DNA of 64,000 nt from an uncultured bacterium (GCA_963732385.1 CAVSZB010000003.1:320001-384000), one strand, 5' to 3'; positions 1 through 9,717 are shown, counted from the stretch's first letter. Program-made: numbers and translations. Notes: generated by a model not told the origin, from the sequence alone.

Positions 1-515
1 TCTCCGGGGCGCGCGGTGCTGTTGCGCACGATGCGGTCGGGGTGGACTTCGCCCGTGACCGAGAGGCCGAACTTCACTTCGCTGTCGCGCACCGTGTGGC
101 CGCCCGCCACGGCCACGCCCGCTTCGGCGCACTTGGCGGCGGCGCCTTCGAGGATCGCCCGCAGCACCGTCGCCGGCAGTTCGGTATGTGGGAAACCGCA
201 CAGGTTGATGGCGACGAACGGCCGGCCGCCCATCGCGTAGACATCGCTGAGGGAGTTGGCTGCCGCCAGGGCCCCGAAGTCCTCCGGTACATCGACGAGC
301 GGCGTGATGAAGTCGGCGGTGACGACCACCGCGCGATCGGTCGTCAGCAGATAGACCCCGGCGTCGTCCGCCGTCTCGAACCCCACGAGCAGGGCCGGGT
401 CGGTGGTGGGGGCGAGTCCCGCGAGCGCCTGGGCCAGGTCCCCCGGCCCGAGCTTGGCCGCTCAGCCGGAGCTCTTGGCGTAGCGTGTCAGATAGACCTG
501 CTCGTCCGGAAGCAC
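1..515 (-). CDS. selD: Selenide, water dikinase SelD, selenocysteine-containing (3' end runs off the window)
   Basis: Manual translation from GTG at 515 (GGAGG upstream): MLPDEQVYLTRYAKSSG-UGA-AAKLGPGDL...VGFETADDAGVY...TADFITP...AAANSLSDVYAMGG...GGHTVRDSEVKFGLSVTG. These are SelD motifs. The in-frame TGA at 462-464 occupies the G[C/U]xxK catalytic position. Confidence 0.95.
431..449 (-). promoter_or_regulatory. Candidate bacterial SECIS hairpin in selD
   Basis: GGGCCGGG-GGA-CCTGGCCC stem-loop starting 12 nt after the UGA, with G at the start of the loop. Confidence 0.6.
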
Positions 516-524
516 GACACCTCC

Positions 525-1445
525 CTAACGGCCGGCCTGGAAGCCGCCGGGCCGCGATGGCGGCGGACAGTCGCCGCCGCCCCCCCCCTCGCCACGGCGC
601 GGGATCGGCAGCATGCCTGCCAGTTCGCCGATGACATTGACCAGGTCGGAGCCGGTCGGCACGACGATCTTGGCGTTGTGCGACAGCGCCTTCTCCACCG
701 TTTCGAGGCGACGCAGCAGCTGGGCGTTGCCCACGAAGTACTCGTTGGCCGCCTCGTTGATCAGCTTGATTGCCTGCGCCTCGCCCTCGGCTTCCAGCAC
801 GCGCGCCTGCTTGACGCCGTCAGCCTTCTTGATCTCGGCGCGGCGCGCGCCGTCGGCCACGGTTTCGGTGGCGGTGGCATAATCGATGGCCGCGATCTTC
901 TCGTTCTCCGCCTTGACCACCTTGTTCATCGTCTCCTGGACGTCCTTGGGCGGGTCGATCTCCTTCAGCTCGGTGCGGACGATATCGATGCCCCAGTCCG
1001 CGGTCTCCTTGCGCAGCGTCTTCTGTAGTTCCTCGTTGATGCGGCCGCGCTCGCTGTTGGCAGACTTCAGGGTCATGGTGCCGATGATGTTGCGCAGCGT
1101 GGTGCGGGCAAGGTTGACGATCTGCCAGCGGTAGTTGTTCACGAAGTACAGCGAGTTCTTTACGCTCGCTTCGTCTTCCTTGACCTTGAAGTAGACCTGC
1201 GCATCGACGCGGGCGTTCAGATTGTCGTTGGTGATGATCTCCTGCGGCTCCGCGTCGACCATCACCTCCGTGATGTTCACCTGGTACATGCGGTCGATGC
1301 CCGGGATGATCCAGTTGAAGCCGCATCGCGCGAAACTGTGGTATTTGCCGAGGCGCTCGATCAGGCCGCGGTGGGTCGGCCGCACGATCCGGATCCCGAG
1401 CAGAAGGTAAAATACCACCACGACGACAATGATGGGCGTGAACAT
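525..1445 (-). CDS. SPFH/band 7 (stomatin/QmcA-like) membrane protein
   Basis: N-terminal TM segment, ERLGKY, QEIITNDN, TTLRNIIG, WGIDIVRTELKEIDPP and an AEA-rich coiled coil. Confidence 0.9.
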   Translation of the reverse strand: MFTPIIVVVVVFYLLLGIRIVRPTHRGLIERLGKYHSFARCGFNWIIPGIDRMYQVNITEVMVDAEPQEIITNDNLNARVDAQVYFKVKEDEASVKNSLYFVNNYRWQIVNLARTTLRNIIGTMTLKSANSERGRINEELQKTLRKETADWGIDIVRTELKEIDPPKDVQETMNKVVKAENEKIAAIDYATATETVADGARRAEIKKADGVKQARVLEAEGEAQAIKLINEAANEYFVGNAQLLRRLETVEKALSHNAKIVVPTGSDLVNVIGELAGMLPIPRRGEGGGGGDCPPPSRPGGFQAGR

Positions 1446-1467
1446 GGCTGGCCCTCCCCGATGGCGG

Positions 1468-2760
1468 TTAGAAATTGAATCGATCCCCGAACAGGAAGAC
1501 GTTCTCGCCTTCGCGCGTGTGCGCGAGCTCGAATCGCAGGTTGAGCGACGAGAGATTGACGTGCACGCCCCCGCCCCAGCTCATCAAAGGGGCGCCGGGA
1601 TCGGCGCCGTCGTACCACGCATCGCCGGCGTCCCAGAAGAGATGCAGCCCCACGCCGATGACGTGGCCCTGGGGGGAAATCGGCATCAGGAACAGCGGCC
1701 AGCGCAACTCGCCGCTCAGCAGCCAGCCCTCCTCGCCCTCGAGTGAAGCGTAGCGGTGGCCGCGGATCGTTTCAGGACCGGCCCAGTAGAGACGGTCCTC
1801 AAGGGGGACGGCGTGACTGACGCGGCGGCCGAAGGCGCGCAGCGCCAGCACCTTGTGCCAGGGCAGGGGGACGAACTGGCGCAGGTCGCCCGAGACCTCG
1901 CTGAAGGAGTCGAAGCCGTCGCTCATCGCACGGGTCGCGCGCAGCCGATGCCAGGCGCCGCGCAGCGGATAGAAGTTGAGGTCGCGTGAGTCGTAGCCGA
2001 GGGTCAGGCCGGCGGTGAAGCGGTTGCGGCAGCCGTGGACCCAGAGAAGGTAGCCGGAAGAGCCGTCGCCGCGGTCGGGAGCGGTCTCGAGCACGTCGCT
2101 GTGCTGGCGGAAGCCGAGCAGCGTGCCGTCGGCTTCCAGGTAGGCCGGTCCGTGCAGGCGCGCGCGGGCATGCAGGCCGGCGTCCCAGCGGGAGTACCTG
2201 GTCGGTCGCCAGACGAACTGCGCCTGTTCCCAGCCCGCGGACACGCCACCCTCCAGCCAGCGCCGGCCGGCGAGCCAGGGGCGGTCCCAGGTGGCCCGGT
2301 AACCGTGCACCCTGATCCAGGTCGCCTCGAGGGAGGTGTGCTCGCCCCGGCCACGCAGGTTCTTCTCCTCCACCCGCGCGCCGAGCCGGTACTTGTGGCG
2401 GCGGTCGTATTCGATGAGCGGGTAGTAGTGGAGGGTCTTGTCCTCCTCGACCATGATCGTGAGCGGCACGCGGCCGTCGTCCGTCTCTGCTTCCTCGGAG
2501 AAGTCGACGAAAGCGAAGTCGCCCAGATCCTCGAGGCGGTCCCAGGCCCGTTCCACGGCCCTGGCGTCCCAGGGGTCTCCCTCGCGAAAGCCGAGCTCGC
2601 GCAGGATCAGGCTGGTGGCGGTGCGGGTGTTGCCCTGGACGCTGATGGGGCCGAAGCGGCGGACGACGGAGTCCGCGGCCACGCTCGTGTCCGGTCGGAT
2701 CGCGCCGGCAAGCACAAGCAGGCCGGCGTAAATGAGCACCAGGGGGCGCAATCGCAGCAT
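1468..2760 (-). CDS. BamA/TamA (Omp85) family outer membrane protein, one POTRA domain
   Basis: Signal peptide, GNTRT...ILREL POTRA motif, GYDSRD..YP..G, IRGH motif, terminal Phe. Confidence 0.8.
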   Translation of the reverse strand: MLRLRPLVLIYAGLLVLAGAIRPDTSVAADSVVRRFGPISVQGNTRTATSLILRELGFREGDPWDARAVERAWDRLEDLGDFAFVDFSEEAETDDGRVPLTIMVEEDKTLHYYPLIEYDRRHKYRLGARVEEKNLRGRGEHTSLEATWIRVHGYRATWDRPWLAGRRWLEGGVSAGWEQAQFVWRPTRYSRWDAGLHARARLHGPAYLEADGTLLGFRQHSDVLETAPDRGDGSSGYLLWVHGCRNRFTAGLTLGYDSRDLNFYPLRGAWHRLRATRAMSDGFDSFSEVSGDLRQFVPLPWHKVLALRAFGRRVSHAVPLEDRLYWAGPETIRGHRYASLEGEEGWLLSGELRWPLFLMPISPQGHVIGVGLHLFWDAGDAWYDGADPGAPLMSWGGGVHVNLSSLNLRFELAHTREGENVFLFGDRFNF

Positions 2761-2806
2761 GGTGGAAGGCCCTTTCGGCAGTGGCGGAGGTTCGCCGACC
2801 GAGCCG

Positions 2807-3496
2807 TCATTTAACATGCGCCGGGGCGGGTTGTCCAGCCGGACGGGAGACTTCGCGGTCGCGCTCGGCGCCGGTCCGGTCGCACGTCAACGCAATCAGG
2901 GCCACGCCCAGCTCGTTCCAGCCGCCGGAGAGATCGGCCGGCGTCAGATTCGCCGGCAGCAGGCGCGGGGGGAACGTCGCGTTGGCGGGATCGGCCAGCC
3001 GGACCTCGATGCGCGTCTGCAGCAGCGTGCCGAGCAGGCGACGGATGAATGCCTCGCCGGTCGTTTCGGCGTGCCGCAGGAAGACGTCGTAGAACAGCGT
3101 GGGGGCGACGATGTGAAACGTGCAGCTGCCACGCGGTGCGTCGGTACGGCCGGCGGCCTCCGGCGGTACCGTCTCGCCCCAGCGACAGGTCAGAGCCGTG
3201 TCGGTGGCGATCATGAAGAGCCGTCCGTCGGGCGGGACCTGCCCCGAGCCGTCGCCGACGCGCAGGAGATGCGATCCCTCGAACCAGGTCGCGCGCACGG
3301 CGTGGTTGTGCGCCAGCAGCCCCGTCTGGCCCCGCGTCAACTGCAGGTGCAGGCCGCCTCCGGTGAACGACCTCAGCTCGAGCGGACCCTGCACCGCGCC
3401 ATCGCGCGGGTCGAACGACCAGGGGGTAGGGGGGGCTGCATCGTCCGGCCAGACATCCCAGGTCGCGTTTTTCCGTTTGTTGCCGTGCGTGCTCAT
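2807..3496 (-). CDS. Hypothetical protein, weakly similar to YdjI-type SPFH (Band_7_1) domains
   Basis: AAGGAG RBS before ATG 3496; residue pattern LQLTRGQTGLL...GSHLL...LFMI...RWGETVP...RGSCTFHIVAPTLF. Confidence 0.5.
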   Translation of the reverse strand: MSTHGNKRKNATWDVWPDDAAPPTPWSFDPRDGAVQGPLELRSFTGGGLHLQLTRGQTGLLAHNHAVRATWFEGSHLLRVGDGSGQVPPDGRLFMIATDTALTCRWGETVPPEAAGRTDAPRGSCTFHIVAPTLFYDVFLRHAETTGEAFIRRLLGTLLQTRIEVRLADPANATFPPRLLPANLTPADLSGGWNELGVALIALTCDRTGAERDREVSRPAGQPAPAHVK

Positions 3497-3519
3497 GCCT
3501 CGTCTCTCCTTGGCCGCGT

Positions 3520-4032
3520 TCATGCCGGCGCGGTGTCCAGGCCCAGCCCCAGCAGGAAATTGCGCGCCTCGGCGACCGCGCCGATGGCGTCCAGATCGCG
3601 CGAAAGCCGCGGCGCCTCGCGCCCGAACCAGCTCGACGAACGGGCGTCGCGCGCGAGCGCCGACACCAACGCGTGCGCCTCCTCGATCAGAAGGATCAGG
3701 CGCAGGTCGTGCTCCTCGAGTTCGACCACCGTGTCGGCATCGCCAAGGCCCAGCCGGACCTGTCCCTGCCGGTTGAGGCGCCGGAAGATGACGCTGATCT
3801 CGTCGACCAGGCTGTCGATCGTGTCGTGCTGTTCGTCGGTGATGATTTCCGGCTGCATCTCTACGACCCGCAACAGCCGGTCGCCGCACTCCTTGAGTTG
3901 ACGGCCGAGCGCCAGACGCCAGGCGCGCTCTTCGGCCGCGGCCCGCAACGTACTGCCGTAGCAGTCGTAGGAGGGCATCCTCTGGATGACGTGCGCGAGT
4001 CTGGTATAGGAGACGGTGGCGGTCACGGTCAT
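3520..4032 (-). CDS. Hypothetical alpha-helical protein
   Basis: GGAG/AGGG RBS, GC3-biased codons, helical periodicity; directly upstream of 2807-3496. Confidence 0.65.
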   Translation of the reverse strand: MTVTATVSYTRLAHVIQRMPSYDCYGSTLRAAAEERAWRLALGRQLKECGDRLLRVVEMQPEIITDEQHDTIDSLVDEISVIFRRLNRQGQVRLGLGDADTVVELEEHDLRLILLIEEAHALVSALARDARSSSWFGREAPRLSRDLDAIGAVAEARNFLLGLGLDTAPA

Positions 4033-4296
4033 CGTCCCTGCTCCCCCGGTTGTCCTCCGTGCTGTCGTGGCCGGACGTCGGCCGGTGTTCACGCACGCAA
4101 CCCGCAAGGAACGTTCCCGTGGCGGGCGCGCCACGAGCCCGTCCGACCAGCGGAGCGAGGCCATTAACTCGTTGTGATCGTGCTATTTATGTGTCGTGGA
4201 GATTCCTGCCGACCCGGCAAAAACGCCGCCGCGCCGGAGCGCCGCGGGCAATTGTTCAAGGTGGCGCCGACGCGCGATGCAGATTGCGGCGGGCGC

Positions 4297-5181
4297 TCAG
4301 CGTGCGACGACGGGATTGAGCAGACGGCCGATCCCTTCGATCGCCACCTCGACCGTGTCGCCCGGCTTCAGGAAGACCTGCGGATCGCAATACGCCCCCA
4401 CCCCGGCGGGAGTGCCGGTGGAGATGATGTCGCCCGGCATCAGCGTCATGTGGCGGCTGGCGTAGGCGATCAGCGCATCGACCGGGAAGATGAGCTGCGA
4501 CGTCTGCGATGTCTGCATGACGGTCCCGTTCCAGCGCGCGCTGATGGCGAGCCCGGCCGCGAGATCGGGCAGTTCGTCCGGCGTGACAAGCCACGGCCCG
4601 CACGGGCCGCCAGTATCGAGACTCTTGCCGCGGAACCACTGGCTCTCGGACTTCTGTGCCCGACGGTCGGAAACATCGTTGAAGCACATATACCCCGCGA
4701 TGTGCTCCCGGGCGCTTTCGCGCGCGATGCCCCGGCCCCCACGGCCGATGACCACCGCGAGTTCCGCTTCCGCGTCCACCTGGTCGAGCCCGGCATCGAG
4801 TTCGATCGGACCGTACGGCCCCTGCAGGCACGACGGCGCCTTGGCGAACAGCAGCGGCGCCGCGGGCGCCGGCTTGTGCTGTTCCTCGGCGTGGTCGCGG
4901 TAGTTCAACCCGACCGCCACGATCTTCGACGGCTCGGGAATCGGCGGCAGCAGCGTGACCCCGTCCAGCGCGAACAGCGCCGTGGCCGGCCGCAATTCCC
5001 CCGGCTGACGCGCGCGCTCGCCAAGCGCGCGCACCCGCGCCATCAGCGCGGGGTCGGGGAGGATCTCGTTCCAGCGCGGCGGCAGTGACGGATCGATTCC
5101 GAGCAGGTCGAGTGCGATGCCGTCATCGAGAACAAGGCCGGGCCGCGCGGCGGCCCCCAGACTGAAAGTGATGAGTTTCAT
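4297..5181 (-). CDS. Fumarylacetoacetate hydrolase family protein
   Basis: KIVAVGLNYRDHAEE, DAEAELAVVIG, NDVSDR, GKSLDT..PCGP, PGDIISTGTPAGVG. Confidence 0.95.
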   Translation of the reverse strand: MKLITFSLGAAARPGLVLDDGIALDLLGIDPSLPPRWNEILPDPALMARVRALGERARQPGELRPATALFALDGVTLLPPIPEPSKIVAVGLNYRDHAEEQHKPAPAAPLLFAKAPSCLQGPYGPIELDAGLDQVDAEAELAVVIGRGGRGIARESAREHIAGYMCFNDVSDRRAQKSESQWFRGKSLDTGGPCGPWLVTPDELPDLAAGLAISARWNGTVMQTSQTSQLIFPVDALIAYASRHMTLMPGDIISTGTPAGVGAYCDPQVFLKPGDTVEVAIEGIGRLLNPVVAR

Positions 5182-5644
5182 GCCGCCGACTATAAGAGGA
5201 AGGCCATGACACTTCATAATGAAAAGGTGCATCGGCCTGGAATTCCGGAGTTAGCATGTTCTTCGGGACCTCGACCCATGCGCTGAAGATCAATAATTAG
5301 ACAACATTGATCGCGATTCAGCCGCGCAAATTTCCGCAGAGGAAGACTTGGCTGGTCGTAGTCCGATCTGGTCGCGCTGTTACGGTGGAACCTGTCCACA
5401 TATCGAGACCCATAGAAATAGATCGATGATCCGTTCGGAGCGCCGCCGGAAACTCCGCAAACGGTGCAGTTGGAATTGGCGTGGTGAGATGTCGGACCGC
5501 AACGGGGGGCCTGGTCCGGTGGCCGGGCGGGACCGGTGCGAATTTGCTAATCAAGAACCGAATTCAGTAGAAATCAAGCGGGGGGAAAGTGTATTTTAGA
5601 CAGCGGTGGGATTTTGGAGGGGCACCGACGAATGGGGGGGGGCA

Positions 5645-6847
5645 ATGCGAGCGAAATATACGTGCATGTTCGGATTGTTGATTCTGGTGTTCGCGATCAC
5701 GGTCGGCTGCGGGGATGACAATGATAATCCTGTTGCACCGCAGATCGGCGCAATCACGATCAACCCCGAGCCGAACAGCATCAGCGCGCCGTGGCAGATC
5801 ACGGGGCCGAACAACTTCACCCTGTCCGCCTCCGGCGACACGACGCTTGCGGGCGTGGTGGCAGGCAGCTACACGCTGACCTGGGAGTCGGTGGATGGGT
5901 GGATGACACCGACTCCGGTGGCGGAAACACAGACGCTGACCCTTGACGGTGTCGTGACGTTTGCGGGGCAGTACTGTCCGGGGTGCTACGTATCGGTTCC
6001 CTCCGGCACCTTCACGATGGGCAGCCCGACGACCGAGCCGTTACGCTTCACCAATGAGACCGAGCATCAGGTGACGTTGACTCACGGCATCTACGTCCAG
6101 ACCACCGAGGTGACCAACCTGCAGTACATGGAGCTGGCGCAGTGGGCGTACGATAATGGTTACGTGACGGCGACGAGCGCCAGCCTGACCGACAACCTGG
6201 ACGGCTCGACCCAGATCTTGAAGACTCTGGGCGAAGGAAACTACGAAATGTCTTTCAGTGCCGGAGTCTTCAGCTGCACCAACCCGACCCACCCGGTCAA
6301 GTACGTGTCCTGGTACGGGTCGGTGGCGTACTGCGACTGGCTCAGCCTGCAGCGGGGGCTGCCGCGAGCGTACAACCACAGCACCTGGCAGTGCAACGGT
6401 GGCGATCCTTATGCGGCCACGGGGTACCGCCTGCCGACGGAAGCGGAGTGGGAGTATGCGTGTCGGGCGGGGACTCAGACCCCATTCAGCTCAGGGTCCT
6501 GCCTGGCCGCCGGCGTCGAGGCGAACTACGACGGAAGACTTCCCTACACCGGGTGCGCGGTCGAGTCGTTCGTCGGCTACTCGGTGCCCGTGGGGAGCTA
6601 TTCGGCAAACGTCTTCGGCCTGTACGACATGCACGGCAACGAGTGGGAGTGGAGCAACGACTGGTACGGCGATTATGTTGGAGCTGTGACTGATCCGGTG
6701 GGCCCGGGGACGGGCTCCAACCGGGTGATCCGCGGTGGTTACTGGTTCGCCGACGCGCGCGGCTGCCGCTCGGCCTACCGGGGCAACACCGACCCGAGCG
6801 GCGCACTCCTCACGGTCGGGTTCCGTACTGTGAGATCGGCCGACTGA
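5645..6847 (+). CDS. Lipoprotein with formylglycine-generating enzyme (FGE/SUMF1-like) domain
   Basis: Lipobox ITVGC; FTMGSP, TEVTN, HPV..VSW, RLPTEAEWEYACRAG, N.FGLYDMHGN.WEW, RVIRGG, GFR. Confidence 0.92.
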   Translation: MRAKYTCMFGLLILVFAITVGCGDDNDNPVAPQIGAITINPEPNSISAPWQITGPNNFTLSASGDTTLAGVVAGSYTLTWESVDGWMTPTPVAETQTLTLDGVVTFAGQYCPGCYVSVPSGTFTMGSPTTEPLRFTNETEHQVTLTHGIYVQTTEVTNLQYMELAQWAYDNGYVTATSASLTDNLDGSTQILKTLGEGNYEMSFSAGVFSCTNPTHPVKYVSWYGSVAYCDWLSLQRGLPRAYNHSTWQCNGGDPYAATGYRLPTEAEWEYACRAGTQTPFSSGSCLAAGVEANYDGRLPYTGCAVESFVGYSVPVGSYSANVFGLYDMHGNEWEWSNDWYGDYVGAVTDPVGPGTGSNRVIRGGYWFADARGCRSAYRGNTDPSGALLTVGFRTVRSAD

Positions 6848-7030
6848 GACGGCGCAGCCAGCCGACCCGCAGGGCCGTGGCCCGGCGAGCGGTTGATGCT
6901 GGTGTTGGAGCACGAGGAGCTCGCGGGCGCGCGATCGTCCGTGCGCGCGCGAGCGTCCTCGTGGAGACGTATCCATATCGGGTTGCATCCCCCCACGAAG
7001 CTCCCCCCACAACAGGACGTCAGCCCGCTC

Positions 7031-7052
7031 CGACTTGCGCCGGCGCAAGTCG
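7031..7052. repeat. Perfect 22-bp palindrome CGACTTGCGCCGGCGCAAGTCG
   Basis: Self-reverse-complementary; lies between the convergent FGE and Hsp20 genes. Confidence 0.8.
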
Positions 7053-7271
7053 CTGCTTGCCGCGGCTGATCGTGACGGCAGCGCGTCCACAATCGGGACA
7101 CTCACAGGTTGTAGTGAAGTGATCCGTGTCCAGCCGCAGGCTCCTCAGGTGGACCTGACGGATGCCCGGAGCGGACCCGCGGGCCGGGCGGCGAGAGAGG
7201 GGGCGTCGAGGCAGGCTCGGCGCCCCCGACCCGTTCCGGCCGCCGGCGGGGGGAGATGGCGGCCGCCGACG

Positions 7272-7694
7272 CTACCGGACTTCGATCTTGCGCGGCAGCA
7301 TCTGCTCCGTCTTGCCAAGCGTCAGGTGCAGGATTCCCTGCTCGATGCGGGCCTCCACGCGCGCGGGATCGACGCCGCGTCCGAGGGTGAAGGTGCGGCG
7401 GAACTCGGCCTTGTCGGACCGTTCGCCGTGCAGGACCCTGAATCCTTCCGGCGGCGGACTCTGGCGGCGCGCGGTGACCGTGAGAGTCTGGCCCTCGATT
7501 TCGATCGCGAGCTCCTCGCGTGACACGCCCGGCAACTCCATCACGATGCGGAACTCGCGCTCGCCCTCGAGGATGTCTGCCCGGGGAAGCAGTTGGGCGC
7601 AGGCGTCCCCGCAGCCGCTGGCGTCGGTGCGCGGGTCGAACATGCCATCGAAGAGGGAGTCGAGGCGGCGGAAGGGCATCAGACCGGTCATCAT
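7272..7694 (-). CDS. Small heat shock protein (Hsp20/alpha-crystallin)
   Basis: PRADILE, ELPGVSREEL.I.IE...LTV, FRRTFTL, A.IEQGILHLTL.K; GGAGG RBS. Confidence 0.95.
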   Translation of the reverse strand: MMTGLMPFRRLDSLFDGMFDPRTDASGCGDACAQLLPRADILEGEREFRIVMELPGVSREELAIEIEGQTLTVTARRQSPPPEGFRVLHGERSDKAEFRRTFTLGRGVDPARVEARIEQGILHLTLGKTEQMLPRKIEVR

Positions 7695-7828
7695 GCTGTT
7701 ACCTCCTGGTTTCTTCACGTTTGCCGCTGGCTCCGCGGGGCGGGGCCGCGTTATCATGCTGGTTCAGGGATCGGGGCCGGAGCCGCTCTGTGTGGTTGGT
7801 GGCTTCGCGTCCCATGGCGTGGGGAATA

Positions 7829-7843
7829 TCAAGGGGCGTGCCG
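7829..7843 (-). promoter_or_regulatory. Candidate sigma54 -24/-12 promoter for hsp20
   Basis: CGGCACG-cccc-TTGA versus consensus TGGCACG-N4-TTGC, with an AT-rich tract just upstream. Confidence 0.5.
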
Positions 7844-7894
7844 TTCGGGGCGCGATTGGCCATTGCAGCGTAACACCATGAAGTAATTGTTTTT

Positions 7895-9643
7895 ATGACG
7901 CAAGAAGTCGCGGACAGGTCGCGGGGTTGGGGGCTGGAGAGATTTCTGGCTTCGCTTGTGTCATGTCATCGTGTCTGCATCACTGCCGCCGTTGTCACTA
8001 TTCTGACAGGATTTCCCTGGCTCGCTACGGCCGCGTCCCTGCGGATCGATCGGGTCACGGTCACCGTCGATGGCATCTACACCGCGTCGGAAGTGGCGGG
8101 ATCGCACGGTCTCGTACGGGTGGTGCGACGGAGCCTGAACGCTCTGCACGTCGACACCCGGGAGCGGATCATCCGGCGCGAACTGCTGTTCGCTCCCGGC
8201 GACACGCTTGACGCCGCGCGGCTGGCCGAGACGGAACGCAATCTGCGCGGCCTCGGCTATCTCGCCGAGGTCAGCGTGGCGGCGGGCGACACGGTGGCCG
8301 GCGGGGGGGTGGAGGTCCTCGTACGCGCGCGGGAAACCTGGTCGTTGCAGCCCCAGCTCGCCTATGCGCGCTCCTCGGACGGCGAACAGCGCTGGAGCGT
8401 CCTGCTGGAAGACGATAATTTCCTCGGCTATGGCACCCAGCTCTCCGCCGGCGTGGGGCGCGACGAGGACCGGCGCTCCTCCTCGCTGGGGTGGCGCAGT
8501 CGCCGCGTGTTCGGCAGCCGGTGGCGCGTCGGGCTGGCCGCGGCCCATCTCAGCGACGGCCACATCACGACGCTGGCGGTCGAGCAGCCGTTCTACGAGC
8601 TGGCGGATCCCTGGGCGCTGGAGGTGCGCGGGGTTGATCAGGCCCTGGCTCCGCGCTTCTACCTGAGCCACGCCGGGCCGGCGGGCGTCGATCCGGGCGC
8701 GACCGCCAGTCTCTGGGCGGCGATCCCGTACGCCGAGACGTGGCTGAGGCTGACGCTGCTGCGGCGGGTGGGTGGCGCCCGGGCGGGCCGGGTCTGGCGC
8801 GTGGGCGGGGGGATGCTGGCGGAGGACGTCGACTATGCGGTGACCGGCCCCGATCTGGCGCTCTCGGACGGACGCATCATCGACAACGGATTCCTGTTCG
8901 AGGTCGGCACGCCGCTGCGGCTCGATGCCGAGCCGCGGCTGGGGCCGCTGGTGGTGGTGCAGAGCGTGGGGCGGCGCTGGACGAAGGGGCGTTACCTGCT
9001 CAAGTACGGCGCGGTGGAAGACGTCCCGCTCGACCCCGCTTTCCGGTTCCAGGCCGCCTGGGCCAGACGCCTGTTAGGGTCCGCGCGTGACGTGGCGCTG
9101 CTGGAGTGGACAGCCAGCGACTGGTCGCGCGTGGCGGGCGGCTTCCTCACCGTGCAGGCGGAGGGGAGCGCCACGCTCGGCGGCGCAGCGGCGACACGCA
9201 CGGCCCGGGTCGACGCGGTCGCCGGCTGGTTCGGGCAGGGGCCGGCCGGATTGACCCGCATCAGCGCGGAGGCGGCCTGGGGAGACCGGCTCTGCGGCCG
9301 GGAGGCGTTCATCCTCGGCCTGACACGCGGCCTGCGGACCCTCGCGTACGATGGCATGGCGGGCGACCGCCTCGTCCGTTGGAATCTCGAGCAGGGGTGG
9401 CCGCTGCCGGATGAGCTGCTCGGGTTCTATCGCGTCGGTTTGGCGGCCTTCTACGCCGGCGGCGCCGCCTGGTGGCGCGGCGAGCCGCGCGGCCTCGGCG
9501 AGGCGCGCCACGAGGCGGGCGTTGGCCTGCGCCTTGGCGCCACCCGTGCCGCGCGCGCCGAAGTGGTGCGCCTTGACGCGGCGTGGTCCCTGGATGCCGG
9601 CGGCGGACCGGTTTTTACGGCCGTGACCGGCTGGTTATTCTGA
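7895..9643 (+). CDS. BamA/TamA family outer membrane protein (start uncertain)
   Basis: TRERIIRRELLF..GD...LAETERNLR POTRA motif, DDNFLGYG, GLRT motif, terminal Phe. Confidence 0.8.
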   Translation: MTQEVADRSRGWGLERFLASLVSCHRVCITAAVVTILTGFPWLATAASLRIDRVTVTVDGIYTASEVAGSHGLVRVVRRSLNALHVDTRERIIRRELLFAPGDTLDAARLAETERNLRGLGYLAEVSVAAGDTVAGGGVEVLVRARETWSLQPQLAYARSSDGEQRWSVLLEDDNFLGYGTQLSAGVGRDEDRRSSSLGWRSRRVFGSRWRVGLAAAHLSDGHITTLAVEQPFYELADPWALEVRGVDQALAPRFYLSHAGPAGVDPGATASLWAAIPYAETWLRLTLLRRVGGARAGRVWRVGGGMLAEDVDYAVTGPDLALSDGRIIDNGFLFEVGTPLRLDAEPRLGPLVVVQSVGRRWTKGRYLLKYGAVEDVPLDPAFRFQAAWARRLLGSARDVALLEWTASDWSRVAGGFLTVQAEGSATLGGAAATRTARVDAVAGWFGQGPAGLTRISAEAAWGDRLCGREAFILGLTRGLRTLAYDGMAGDRLVRWNLEQGWPLPDELLGFYRVGLAAFYAGGAAWWRGEPRGLGEARHEAGVGLRLGATRAARAEVVRLDAAWSLDAGGGPVFTAVTGWLF

Positions 9644-9717
9644 GTTAGCATCGCCGCGTCCACGCCGCCGGCCGCCTTCAGCGGACGCCGGAGGGTCGTC
9701 TCCCGGCAGGAGCAACC

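Noticed and set aside
42..1028. 328-aa plus-strand ORF
   Set aside because: Antisense shadow of selD and the SPFH gene; no recognisable motifs
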